Shown one piece after another: positions 25,257 through 36,859 of a DNA stretch of 64,000 bases (positions are counted from its first letter, which is position 1; every line of letters begins with the position of its first letter). The position numbers were made by a program, and so were the translations under genes. The DNA comes from Eledone cirrhosa. Taxonomy: Eukaryota. Location of the stretch: contig OZ024754.1 in assembly GCA_964016885.1 (NCBI GenBank), positions 11,408,001 through 11,472,000 of the forward strand, read 5' to 3'. Under the pieces are notes generated by a model. The model did not search any database. It was not told where the DNA came from and was given only the letters and a program-made list of their open reading frames with translations.

Positions 25257-25464
25257 GCCCTCAGAGCTTGAGATAGACTTTAACTTTTCTTAACATCATC
25301 ATCTTCATCATAAATTGTGTCATTTGAGGGAAGATTTGTTTGCTATTTTTAGCAGGTCAAAGACTACATAGAGGTTCCATTGAGCTCACTAGTGTGTGTA
25401 TGCGTTGGTCACAGTCATAGGTGCAAAAGTAAATAGAAAGAATTGCAAATGGTGGAAACATTAC

Positions 25465-25703
25465 CTGGAGCAAAACACATTAAATATAAGACTAGACCGA
25501 CAATTGCCATCCAGGAATAATCAGAAGGGCAGAAACCAAGGGCAAATACTTCAGATTTTCTATCAGGTTCACTTTTAGGGGAACAATTATTTGTATCATC
25601 GGAGGCATTTCCTTTCAGTTCACAGTAACCAAATTTCACTGTTTCTCCATTATCATTGTACAGAAATCCACATTTGTTGTCGACTATGCATTCATCGCAA
25701 GTA
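25465..25703 (-). CDS. SLC2A13: SLC2A13 exon 7 (Cys-rich extracellular loop typical of HMIT)
   Basis: TCDECIVDNKCGFLY...CPSDYSWMAIVGLVLYLMCFAPG; tttag/gtaatg; 239 nt. Confidence 0.92.
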
Positions 25704-25796
25704 CTAAATGGGAGATGAAAACAAAAGAGAGAAAAAAGAAAAAAAAATAGAAATAATCTTGAGTAATTATATTTGCTCTTTGTTTTAGCATTCATT

Positions 25797-26660
25797 TATA
25801 ACGTGGTAGTGCTGGTGACATGACAAAAACACCCAGTCCACTCTCTAAGGTAGTACTGGTGCCATGACAATAGCACCCAGTCACCCTATAAGGTGGTAGT
25901 GCTGGTGACATGACAAAAACACCCAGTCCACCCTATAAGGTGGTAGTGCTGGTGACATGACAAAAACACCCAGTCCACCCTATAAGGTGGTAGTGCTGGT
26001 GACATGACAAAAACACCCAGTCCACTCTATAAGGTGGTAGTGCTGGTGACATGAGAAAAACACCCAGTCCACCCTATAAGGTGGTAGTGCTGGTGACATG
26101 ACAAAAACACCCAGTCCACCCTATAAGGTGGTAGTGCTGGTGACATGACAAAAACACCCAGTCCACCCTATAAGGTGGTAGTGCTGGTGACATGACAAAA
26201 ATACCCAGTCCCCCCTATAAGGTGGTAGTGCTGGTGACATGACAAAAACACCCAGTCCACCCTATAAGGTGGTAGTGCTGGTGACATGACAAAAACACCC
26301 AGTCCACCCTATAAGGTGGTAGTGCTGGTGACATGAGAAAAACACCCAGTCCACCCTATAAGGTGGTAGTGCTGGTGACATGACAAAAATACCCAGTCCC
26401 CCCCTATAAGGTGGTACTGGTGCAATGACAATAGCACCCAGTCACCCTATAAGGTGGTAGTGCTGGTGACATGACAAAAATACCCAGTCCCCCCTATAAG
26501 GTGGTACTGGTGCAATGACAATAGCACCCAGTCACCCTATAACGTGGTAGTGCTGGTGACATGACAAAAATACCCAGTCCCCCCTATAAGGTGGTAGTGC
26601 TGGTGACATGACAATAGCACCCAATCACCCTATAAGGTGGTAGTGCAGGTGACACAGAAA
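25797..26660. repeat. 47-bp minisatellite derived from the RTE 3'UTR subrepeat
   Basis: aaggtggtagtgctggtgacatgacaaaaacacccagtccaccctat x ~18. Confidence 0.95.
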
Positions 26661-26864
26661 AATATCTTAGGACCTCACCAGGTGAAGATCTGGCCCTGAA
26701 TCTATGCAAGCATGGAAAATGGATGTAAAATCAATAACTCTTACATAGATGAAAATAGTACAAGGAAACTTGTAAATTGGATTAAGTACTGATTAGTTTA
26801 TCTTATTTTTTTTTAAATTTATAATTAAATAGGTTTATTTACATTAGTTTATAACGTTGTCTAT

Positions 26865-27195
26865 TAATCCGTATGGTGAGCAAATGGGGTCCCACATGCT
26901 GGCCTCCCCACAGCCCTGGCAAACAAGATGGAGAAGGATGGTAAGGGAGATGCACTGGAAGAGCCATTCCAACTCGCGAGGCTCACACCTGCGGCTGGTT
27001 AACTCAGCGCCTATGGTGGTGAATAGGGAGGTAGCTCTAGGGTCAAGGACACCAGAAGTCTCCACTGCCAAGGGTACAACCGTGAACCTGTCGGAGAGCG
27101 ACCGGTATTTGGAGAGTTTGGCCTCCTCAGCCCAACGTGCAGCAGAACCTGGGTTAGTCGCAGACTGCACCAGGTTGCGGCTGGAGAGAGTGTCA
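26865..27195 (-). mobile_element. CRE-like LINE 3' fragment; related fragments at 14170-14500(+), 18610-18770(-), 47725-47905(-), 57080-57362(+)
   Basis: AEEAKLSKY...VPLAVETSG...WLFQCISLTI, an RLE C-terminal signature. Confidence 0.7.
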
Positions 27196-27455
27196 ATTCT
27201 TTTTCTATATCTCTTTCTCACTTCCTCTCTCTCTCACTCACTCTCTCTCTCTCTCTATCTCTATCTCTCTATCTATCTTTCTCTGGAAGAAACCTGCTGG
27301 AGAGGAGATGGGCTCTGTTAGTTTTTTAAAAATGCCTTAGAAATGCTGTATGTCAATGCAGTGCCCCTATAATTTCCTTAGGAGTTATGGGACCATACTA
27401 TACAATCTAAGACTTCATGAACCCTTTAGCATTTAAACCGGTCATATACGGCCAG

Positions 27456-29150
27456 TGGGTTTGTGTCAGGTAAAAATACCACAGACGCCCTTTTCCTTGT
27501 ACGACAACTACAGGCGAAGTACCTAGCTAAAAGTAAACCCCTATACTTAACTTTTGTTGACTTGGAGAAAACATTTGACAGAGTCCCCTGTGCCATTATC
27601 TGGTGAGCCCTTAGAAAACTAGGGGTTGATGAATGGCTTGTGAGAGCTATACAAGCAATGTATAAAGAAACAGTCAGCAAGGTTAGAATTAACAACGAAT
27701 ATAGTGAAGAATTTAGCATAAAAGTTGGTGTTCATCAGGGCTCTGTCCTTAGCCTCCTCCTATTTATTATTGCCCTTCAGGCTATAACAGAGGAGTTCAA
27801 GACCGGCTGCCCATGGGAACTTCTCTATGCAGATGATCTAACTCTCATAGCTGAATCGATGGCTGAACTAGAGAAGAAATTCCAAACATGGAAGCATGGC
27901 CTAGAATCAAAAGGCCTTGAAGTTAACTTGTCTAAGACTAAAGTTCTAGTATGTAGGAAGGAAAATAGGGCACAGGTCCCCTCTGGGAAATGGCCATGCT
28001 CAGTGTGTAGGAAAGGAGTAGGCAGAAATTCCATTTTATGTCCCAAATGTAAAGTATGGGTGCATAAAAGATGTAGTGGGATCACAGGTAAGCTATCTAA
28101 GAACATAGATTTTATATGTGACCGGTGCTCAGGTGCAATAAGTAGCAAGTGCCCACAGGATACTAGCTCCTTCTATCGCCCAGATGGTTCTATAGAAATA
28201 GTGGACACCTTCTGTTACCTGGGTGACAAAATCAGAAGTGGTGGAGGGTGCTCAGAAAGTACAGTAGCCAGAGTCAGAACAGGATGGAAAAAGTTCAGAG
28301 AGCTTATACCACTATTGGCTGCTAAAGGTTTCTCTCTAAAAATGAAAGGCAGACTGTATGATGCCTGCATACGAACAGCAATGTTACATGGCAGTGAGAC
28401 ATGGGCATTGTGTGCAGAGGATCTGCGCAGACTGAAGAGGAACGAAGCATGCATGCTCCGCTGGATGTGTAATAGTAATATATGTTAACAGCAAAGCATA
28501 AATGAGAAATTAGGAATAAGAGGAATCAGATGCTGTTTACTCGAGAGAAGACTACGTTGGTATGATCATGTGATGCGCATGAAAGACAACAACTGTATAA
28601 AAATGTACATGGCTATCAAAATTGATGGAAGTTACGGAGTAGATGGACCCAGAAAAACCTGAGATGACATGATTAAATCTGACCTTGCACACTTATACCT
28701 CTCTAAGACAATGTGACTGGATCGAGACCTTTGGCGCTACACAGTAATACAGAAGACCCAGCTTGCCTATGTACATAGCGAAACCTACAGCCAGTAGGCA
28801 CCTCTTAACCAAATATACACCCCCATCCCACTACCCCTACTCCACCACCCACTCCCACCAACACCACCCTTTCTCTGTAAAGTTATGTTGGTACCACAAC
28901 ATCCAGTCCTAAATAAATGAGGTCGTGTAGGTGTCACGACAAAAAAACAGTCCACACTGTAATGTGGCCGTGTAGGTAACACAGTAAAAACCTCCCAGTC
29001 CACACTGTCAACGTGGTTGGTGTTAGGAAGGACATCCAGCTGTAGAAAACCTGCCAGACAGTCCCATACGAGCAATATGCCTCAAGTGGGACAATTCCCG
29101 TCTAAACCCATCCTAGCCTGGAAGATAGACGTTAAACGATGATGATGATG
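27456..29150 (+). mobile_element. 5'-truncated RTE-clade LINE (RT with inserted PHD finger, 3'UTR, (GAT)n tail), inserted into a piggyBac-like MITE
   Basis: ORF 27640-28488 with GVHQGSVLS and LLYADDL, plus C-x2-C...H-x2-C...C-x2-C; stops and frameshifts downstream; MITE halves at 27422-27455 and 29151-29338. Confidence 0.9.
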
Positions 29151-29379
29151 AATTCTCTCACCTCTTTCTGTGCAAACTGTCCATAACTGGCCACTCATAT
29201 TGGCATTAAGGTATTGTTCTCAAAATAAATAACATCAAAATCTCATAGATTCGATATTATGTGAGTCAATTATGTGAGGTAAAACCTTTACCACAAAAAT
29301 ACAATAGTATATATAGAGTAATGTAAACACTAAAGGGTTAAAGAAAAATGTTATGAAATATGAAGAATTATTTAATTAC

Positions 29380-29488
29380 CTGTAGTTACAAGTGTTATTT
29401 TTTACAGAGGTTTCATTGAAACTCTTTGGTGAATTAACAGCAGACAACTGGAAACCTACTGCTAGTAAAGCTAGACTCATAAAAACAC
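29380..29488 (-). CDS. SLC2A13: SLC2A13 exon 6
   Basis: Manual translation VFMSLALLAVGFQLSAVNSPKSFNETSVKNNTCNY; tttag/gtaatt; 109 nt. Confidence 0.9.
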
Positions 29489-30189
29489 CTAAAACAGAAA
29501 AGACAAAAGTTATTATGTTATAAGAATAATGGTTCTGGTACAGTTCAAGTTAGAAATCATAGGACCCTTTCAGCCATGAATGACCATTGGTTTGCCCCTA
29601 GAAAGTTCCCTTTTGAGGCACAAGCCTGGGGGAAAGGTGTTTTTGTGGAAGACCAGTAGTTGCTTATGCAGACCAGTCTCCAGTCTCCATGCCACCAATG
29701 TTGTCCAAAGGAAAGGCAAAGGTTGATACAGCGTGACACCAGTGACGTCGCAAATCATTTCTACAGCTGAGTAAACTGGAGCAACGTGAAATAAACAACA
29801 CATCACCTGGTTTAAGCAAAAGCTGAAACAACTTGGCCCCTCATGTGTATTTGCCGCATGTATTTTCAATCATATTCTTTCAGTTACTATCCAAGATTCA
29901 TGACTGGAGGTAGGGGTAGGTACAAATACTAAATTGAAGATAGGGAGTTTGGCTTTTATACCTATGGAGGTATATGGCATAGAGTTCAATCAACAAGATC
30001 CCAGACCTCATTCACTTACTGAGAGGGAACTCATGAAATTGGGCCAAGGAAACAGTGTTTCCATTGGTCTTTCCACTGCTGATACTATCTACCAGGTGCA
30101 ACTCCTGAGACCTAGTAGTGTTTTATTTTAAAATACACAGTCAGAAATCATTAGAACAGTAAAAAAAAAAAAGGGAAAATTGTTTTCAC

Positions 30190-30353
30190 CTGCCAAACTG
30201 CCAAGTGTTAGTTTTCGTCGACCATATCTTTCGATAAGCCAAAGTGCAGAGAAACCAGACAGAAAGTTGACTGCTGCAATTAACGAGGCATACCAAATTG
30301 CTTTAGATTCATCCTGAATACCTGCCATCTTTAGTATTGAAGCACTGTAATAC
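30190..30353 (-). CDS. SLC2A13: SLC2A13 exon 5
   Basis: YYSASILKMAGIQDESKAIWYASLIAAVNFLSGFSALWLIERYGRRKLTLGSLAG; cacag/gtgaaa; 164 nt. Confidence 0.92.
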
Positions 30354-31696
30354 CTGTGGGAACAAAAAGAAAGGTGTTAGTCATTAGTGGCAATTTGTCG
30401 GTCATGACGATTAGTGTTCCTGTTGATACATTCAATGGAACAGCCCGCTCCTGAAATTATGCTGAGCATTCCACAAACATGTGTACCCTTAACGTAGTTC
30501 TCAGGGAGATTCGGCACAATACAGAATGCGACAAGGCTGCTCCTCAGAATTACAGGTACAACTCATTTTTCCTAGCTGAGTGGACCAGAGCAACGTGAAA
30601 TAAAGTGTCTTGTTCAAGGACACAACGCATAGCCGGGAATCAAACTCACAACCTTACGATTGTGAGCTGAAGACCCTAACCACAAAGCCAGGTGCCTTCA
30701 CTCTAGTCATTAGATAAGACCAAAGAAACATTGATCTATTGTTTTTCCCATTACTGATACTATCTACTAACAGAAGATGGGAAGACTTGAGCTCAGAAGG
30801 GAAGACTTGAGCTCAGAAGGGAAGACTTGAGCTCAGAATCTACAGAGATGGCTCAGATATGGCAAAGCCAAATCTACCACCAACTGGAATGGTACTTTAT
30901 CTATTGACAGATGATGATGGCAGTGGTGGTGGTGGTGGTGATGGTGGTAATGGTGGTGATGATGGTGATGTTGGTGGTCGTGATGGTGATGGTGATAATT
31001 GTGATGGTGATAATGGTGATGATGGTGATGATGATGATGATGATGATGATGGTGGTGATGGTGATAACGATGATGATGGTGATGGTGGTTGTGGTGGTGA
31101 TGATGATGAAAAGGGTGATGATGATGATGATAAAGGTCATGATGATTATAACGGTGATGATGCTGCTGATGATGATGGTGAGATTTAACACCTGACCACA
31201 TGGTTATAAAGTGATCTTGTTAATGACACTTCTTAGCTACACACCTGCAGCCATGTTTGCAGCATAGAGTTACACTCCTTTACTGTCTGAGTTCAAATCC
31301 TGCCAAAGTTAACTTTGCCTTTCATCCTTACATGGTAAATAAAATAAAGTACCAGTCACCCACTGGAGTCAATTTAATTGACCCCCCCACCCTCCCCCAA
31401 AATTGCTGGCCTTGTGCCTATATAAGAAACCATTATTTTACAAATGGCAGTGGATTGGCAGTATCGGTAGAGGGTCGACGCCATGCTTTGCAGCATAGAG
31501 TTACGCCCCTTTACGGTCTGAGTTCAAATCCTGCCGAGGTTAACATTGCCTTTCATCCTTACGGAGTTGATAAAATAAAGTACCAGTAATGGACCATGAT
31601 GTTGATTTAAACTTATGAATGTAGTGGTCTGTGAGGTTGAAGAGGTTGGCAATGGCTGGTCTATGGAAGTATAATAGAGAAACAATCAACACTTAC

Positions 31697-31811
31697 ATTA
31701 CAGTATTGACACCACACAACTGTTGAAATAACTGTAAACCACAGCCAACAATTAAGGCACGACGTACTGTTTGGCTGTGAGAAATTCTCTTCAAATTATG
31801 GAGGAGACTAT
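31697..31811 (-). CDS. SLC2A13: SLC2A13 exon 4
   Basis: Manual translation [39 protein letters not shown]; ttcag/gtaagt; 115 nt. Confidence 0.92.
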
Positions 31812-32554
31812 CTGAAAGATTTAATGATATAATTAGTTAAATTGGGAGGCAGTGAATTGGCAGAGTTGTTAGAATGCTGGATAGAATGCTTTATGGTATT
31901 TGTTTTCCACCTTATAGTCTTATTATTTTGACTGAACTGTGTGGTCGACCTTATAGTCTTATTATGACTGAACCGTGTGGTCGACCTTATAGTCTTATTA
32001 TTTTGACTGAACTGTGTGGTCGACCTTATAGTCTTATTATGACTGAACTGTGTGGTCGACCTTATAGTCTTATTATGACTGAACTGTGTTGTTTTCGCTC
32101 TCTGTGCTTTCTGAGGTCAAATCCCACCAAAGTTAACTTTGCCTTTCATCCTTTTGAGGTTGATAAAAAAAGTACCAGTTAAGTACTGAGTTTGATTCTT
32201 CCTCTATATCTCTTTCTCATTTCCTATTTCTCACTTTCTTTCACTCCTTCTCTGGAAGAAATCAGCTGTGTTCAGACCTGGAGAGGGATAGGCAATGTTA
32301 GATTTAAAGTGCCCAAGACATGCTCTATGATATTTCTTTTCACATTCATAACTGGCTCTATTCCTATCACTCTATCTCAGTCATTTTCATCCTTCCTCAA
32401 CACATGACCCAACCATCTCCTAATTCTCTTCACAACATCACTGGCTATATTCTTCTCCTCCAGCACATTACATCTGATCTCTGTTATACACAATGTTTCT
32501 CCTAGATCATCCAGGATTAAATAAAACAATCAGTTAAGAAATGGTTCTATGTAC

Positions 32555-32754
32555 CCTGCATTGGCGTTTGTCTGATGCTTTCTTTGATAGCTGAAAATTC
32601 TTCATCGATGTCTTTCGTTGCCCGAATGTTGGCTAAAACCTTATAACCTTCTTCAAGTTTTCCTTTTGAGGCCAACCATCTTGGACTTTCTGGCAGGAAA
32701 GCAAATCCAATTATTTGAATCACTGCAGGAATTCCTGCAAGCCCCAACATATAT
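32555..32754 (-). CDS. SLC2A13: SLC2A13 exon 3
   Basis: YMLGLAGIPAVIQIIGFAFLPESPRWL... (PESPR motif); tttcag/gtacat; 200 nt. Confidence 0.92.
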
Positions 32755-32914
32755 CTGAAAATAATTAGAGTAAAATAAAAATCACCAAATACTGTTTAAT
32801 ATCTATTTTCCGTGCTTACATGTATTAGAAGGAATGTACTGAGGCTAGACTTGGTTTTCTTGGCTGGATGCCCTTTGTAATGCCAACCACTTTACAGCAT
32901 GTATTGGAAATATT

Positions 32915-34840
32915 TTATCATGACACCAGCACTACCATTTTACATGGTGGACTGGGTGTTTTTGTCATGGCACCAGCACTTCCACCTTACAGGGTGTGTT
33001 GAGTGTTTTTTATTATGGCACCAGCACTACCTCAATACAATATGGACTGGACACTTTTTATAATGGCACCAGCACTACCTCCTTACAATGTGGACTGGCC
33101 ACTTTTTATTATGGCACCAACACTACCCCATTAGAATGTGGACTGGCCACTTTTTATTATGGCACCAGCACTACCTCAATGTGGACTGGCCACTTTTTAT
33201 TATGGCACCTTCGCTACCTCCTTACAATGTGGACTGGCCACTTTTTATTATGGCACCAGCACTACCTCCTTACAATGTGGACTGACCACTTTTTATTATG
33301 GCACCAACACTACCCCATTACAATGTGGACTGGCCACTTTTTATTATGGCACCAACACTACCCCATTACAATGTGGACTGGCCACTTTTTATTATGGCAC
33401 CAGCACTACCTCAATGTGGACTGGCCACTTTTTATTATGGCACCTTCGCTACCTCCTTACAATGTGGACTGACCACTTTTTATTATGGCACCAACACTAC
33501 CCCATTACAATGTGGACTGACCACTTTTTATTATGGCACCAACACTACCCCATTACAATGTGGACTGGCCACTTTTTATTATGGCACCAACACTACCCCA
33601 TTACAATGTGGACTGGCCACTTTTTATTATGGCACCAGCACTACCTCAATGTGGACTGGCCACTTTTTATTATGGCACCTTCGCTACCTCCTTACAATGT
33701 GGACTGGCCACTTTTTATTATGGCACCAGCACTACCTCCTTACAATGTGGACTGACCACTTTTTATTATGGCACCAACACTACCCCATTACAATGTGGAC
33801 TGGCCACTTTTTATTATGGCACCAACACTACCCCATTACAATGTGGACTGGCCACTTTTTATTATGGCACCTTCGCTACCTCCTTACAATGTGGACTGGC
33901 CACTTTTTATTATGGCACCAGCACTACCTCCTTACAATGTGGACTGACCACTTTTTATTATGGCACCAGCACTACCCCATTACAATGTGGACTGGCCACT
34001 TTTTATTATGGCACCAGCACTACCCCATTACAATGTGGACTGGCCACTTTTTATTATGGCACCAACACTACCCCATTACAATGTGGACTGACCACTTTTT
34101 ATTATGGCACCAACACTACCCCATTACAATGTGGACTGGCCACTTTTTATTATGGCACCAACACTACCCCATTACAATGTGGACTGGCCACTTTTTATTA
34201 TGGCACCAGCACTACCCCATTACAATGTGGACTGGCCACTTTTTATTATGGCACCAGCACTACCCCATTACAATGTGGGTTGGCCACTTTTTATTATGGC
34301 ACCAGCACTACCTCCTTACAATGTGGACTGGCCACTTTTTATTATGGCACCAGCACTACCCCATTACAATGTGGACTGGCCACTTTTTATTATGGCACCA
34401 ACACTACCTCCTTACAATGTGGACTGACCACTTTTTATTATGGCACCAACACTACCCCATTACAATGTGGACTGGCCACTTTTTATTATGGCACCAGCAC
34501 TACCTCAATACAATGTGGACTGGCCACTTTTTATTATGGCACCAGCACTACCTCCTTACAATGTGGACTGGCCACTTTTTATTATGGCACCAGCACTACC
34601 TCCTTACAATGTGGACTGGCCACTTTTTATTATGGCACCAACACTACCCCATTACAATGTGGACTGGCCACTTTTTATTATGGCACCAGCACTACCTCAA
34701 TACAATGTGGACTGGCCACTTTTTATTATGGCACCAGCACTACCTCCTTACAATGTGGACTGGCCACTTTTTATTATAGCACCTTCGCTACCTCCTTACA
34801 ATGTGGACTGAGCACTTTTTATTATGGCACCAGCACTACG
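32915..34840. repeat. 48-bp minisatellite (~40 copies) with higher-order structure, derived from the RTE 3'UTR subrepeat
   Basis: tggactggccactttttattatggcaccaacactaccccattacaatg; explains the long repetitive ORFs in this interval. Confidence 0.95.
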
Positions 34841-35064
34841 ACGTATAAAAAAAAATTTATAGCGAGATCAACCAAACACTTAGAGCGTGTGGCCAGGAAT
34901 TGAAAAAAATGTTGTTATACTGAAAAATTTGTTATAATGGTATTCGTTATAACAGAATTTTACCTGTAGAAACCCTAAGATATTCAGTGTTTCTTTAGAT
35001 AGAGTGTAATGAAAGGAGACTGTAAGGGAAACAGTAAAATGTAAATGATGACAATTGAACAAAC

Positions 35065-35221
35065 CTCCAGCCTTCAGGAACACAACTGAAACATCCATCC
35101 ATTAAACTGGCCACAAACTGACCACCAGTGATGAAGAAGTTGTTTAGTGTTACCAACTGACCACGTAAAGACACTGGTGCACATTCTGCTATATATATAG
35201 GCACAGTAGTAGAAGCTAACC
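35065..35221 (-). CDS. SLC2A13: SLC2A13 exon 2
   Basis: [52 protein letters not shown]; ttacag/gtttgt; 157 nt. Confidence 0.92.
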
Positions 35222-35390
35222 CTGTAAAAGATAAATCATGTATAAGCTGATACGAATATAAACTGACCCCACAATTTTATGTCCGAGAAATGGGCAAATA
35301 TTGAAACATTATTTACGTAGAATTTGAAGTTGGTAAAATACTTCAAAAGAATCATACTTCCAAGGAAATCATCTGGAAAGCTTATATGTG

Positions 35391-35423
<33 letters not shown>

Positions 35424-35725
35424 ATATACTCTTTTACCTGTTCCAGCCATCCGGCTGAGATATATAAACACATACACATATATATATATAGCCGTAGAAA
35501 ACCTGCCAGAAACAGTTCTGTACGAGCGAGACACGGTCTCCCGACCAATCTTGCCTCAAGTGGGACAAACCCGTCCAACCCATGCTAGCGTGGAAGATGA
35601 GCGTAAAATAATAATGATGATATATATATCTATATATGTATAAATATTCCGTATCTCCAAAGAAATACGGTTTTAGGAAGCCGTAGCTATGCAAACAACG
35701 AGGGAGGCTAACGCCCTCTGGTGAT

Positions 35726-35819
35726 GTCCAGCAGAAGCAAGGGGGACAACCGTCTATGCATTTCACGCTTAACTGGCCTTCGTCAGGATGGTCCCTCCCA
35801 CCGCTTGCGACTGCTGGAC
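35726..35819 (-). ncRNA. Type I hammerhead ribozyme motif with an extended stem I (Penelope/retrozyme-like), in SLC2A13 intron 1
   Basis: Minus strand accatc-CTGACGA-AGGCcagttaaGCGT-GAAA-TGCA-TA-GACGGT; palindromic stem III ATGCAT; outer pairings gcaag/cttgc and gtccagcag/ctgctggac; one mismatch each in stems I and II. Confidence 0.7.
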
Positions 35820-35949
35820 TAGAAGACAGCTGAGAATATATACTTTTCTCGTCTGTGTAAATGAAGTGATTAATCTCATTTGCATATAAAGCTGCATAAG
35901 TTGGCTCAACTTTTTTTTATTATAAGATGAGCCAACTTATGCAGCTTCA

Positions 35950-36740
35950 TAATAATAATAACAATAACAATAACAATAATGAAATTATTGTGTACAGGGC
36001 TCAGGTGTACTACAACTCATCAAAGGTGCATGTATAGTACATAGAATGATTGTTTCTATTTTTGGCACAGGGCCAGCAATTATCCCAGTGCATTACTGGT
36101 ACTTTATTTCATCGAGCCAGTAAGGATGAAAGGCGAAGTTAACCTCGGCGGGATTTGAACTCAGACCGCAAAGGGACGTAACTCTATGCTGGAAAACATG
36201 GCGTCCGACCCTCTACTGATACTGCCAATCCACCGCCTTTATTATTCCATAGTGCATAGAATAATGTACAAATGTCAGGAAAATGAACAGTGTATCAGGC
36301 ATGATATAATGAACATTATTGTGTACAGTGCTCAGGTGCACTACAACTCATCAAAGGTGCATGTATAGTACATAGAATAATGTACAAATGTCAGGAAAAT
36401 GAACAGTGTATCAGGCATGATATAATGAACATTATTGTGTACAGTGCTCAGGTGCACTACAACTCATCAAAGGTGCATGTATAGTACATAGAATAATGTA
36501 CAAATGTCAGGAAAGTGAACAGTGTATGAGTCATGATATACATGTGTGTGTGTGTATGGAGGGGGGAAATCAGGTGCAGTCTCGGCGAATTTCAGGAAGC
36601 ATGGAAGTTTTAAAGGATGCAGTGTGTCGGCAGCTAACAACAGATGCAGGTAGTTTGTTCCATGCTTCAGCAACTCTGAGCATGACAGGATGTTTCCGAA
36701 AGTCATGTGAGCTGTGCTGTTTTCTGACTTTGTAGGTCCA
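35950..36740 (-). mobile_element. Stack of CR1-like LINE 3' ends, interrupted by a SINE (36050-36238); other copies at 16494-16665, 56553-56824, 62325-62634
   Basis: Repeated tgtacagtgctcaggtgcactacaactcatcaaaggtgcatg unit; KVRKQHSSHDFRK...RVAEAWNKLP. Confidence 0.85.
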
Positions 36741-36859
36741 ACACTGGTTGTGGCAGATTGGCAGAATTGGTAGAGCGTCAGACAAAATGCTAGTGCAGTA
36801 ATTGTTCTGGTTCTTTATATTCAGATATAAGAGCAATGTGCCGGATAATAATAATAATA

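Noticed and set aside
24632-25276. Gly/Val/Met-rich ORF (and the His- or Asp-rich ORFs at 30833-31201)
   Set aside because: Triplet-repeat low complexity inside SLC2A13 introns
25797-26660. CRISPR-like array (also considered for 4683-5280, 8778-9330, 32915-34840)
   Set aside because: Units are contiguous with no unique spacers; no cas genes; eukaryotic intronic context
32996-34903. Long repetitive ORFs (493 aa, 456 aa) as a novel repeat protein
   Set aside because: By-product of a 48-bp minisatellite derived from an RTE 3'UTR; intronic and antisense, and the frames switch at the 43-bp units
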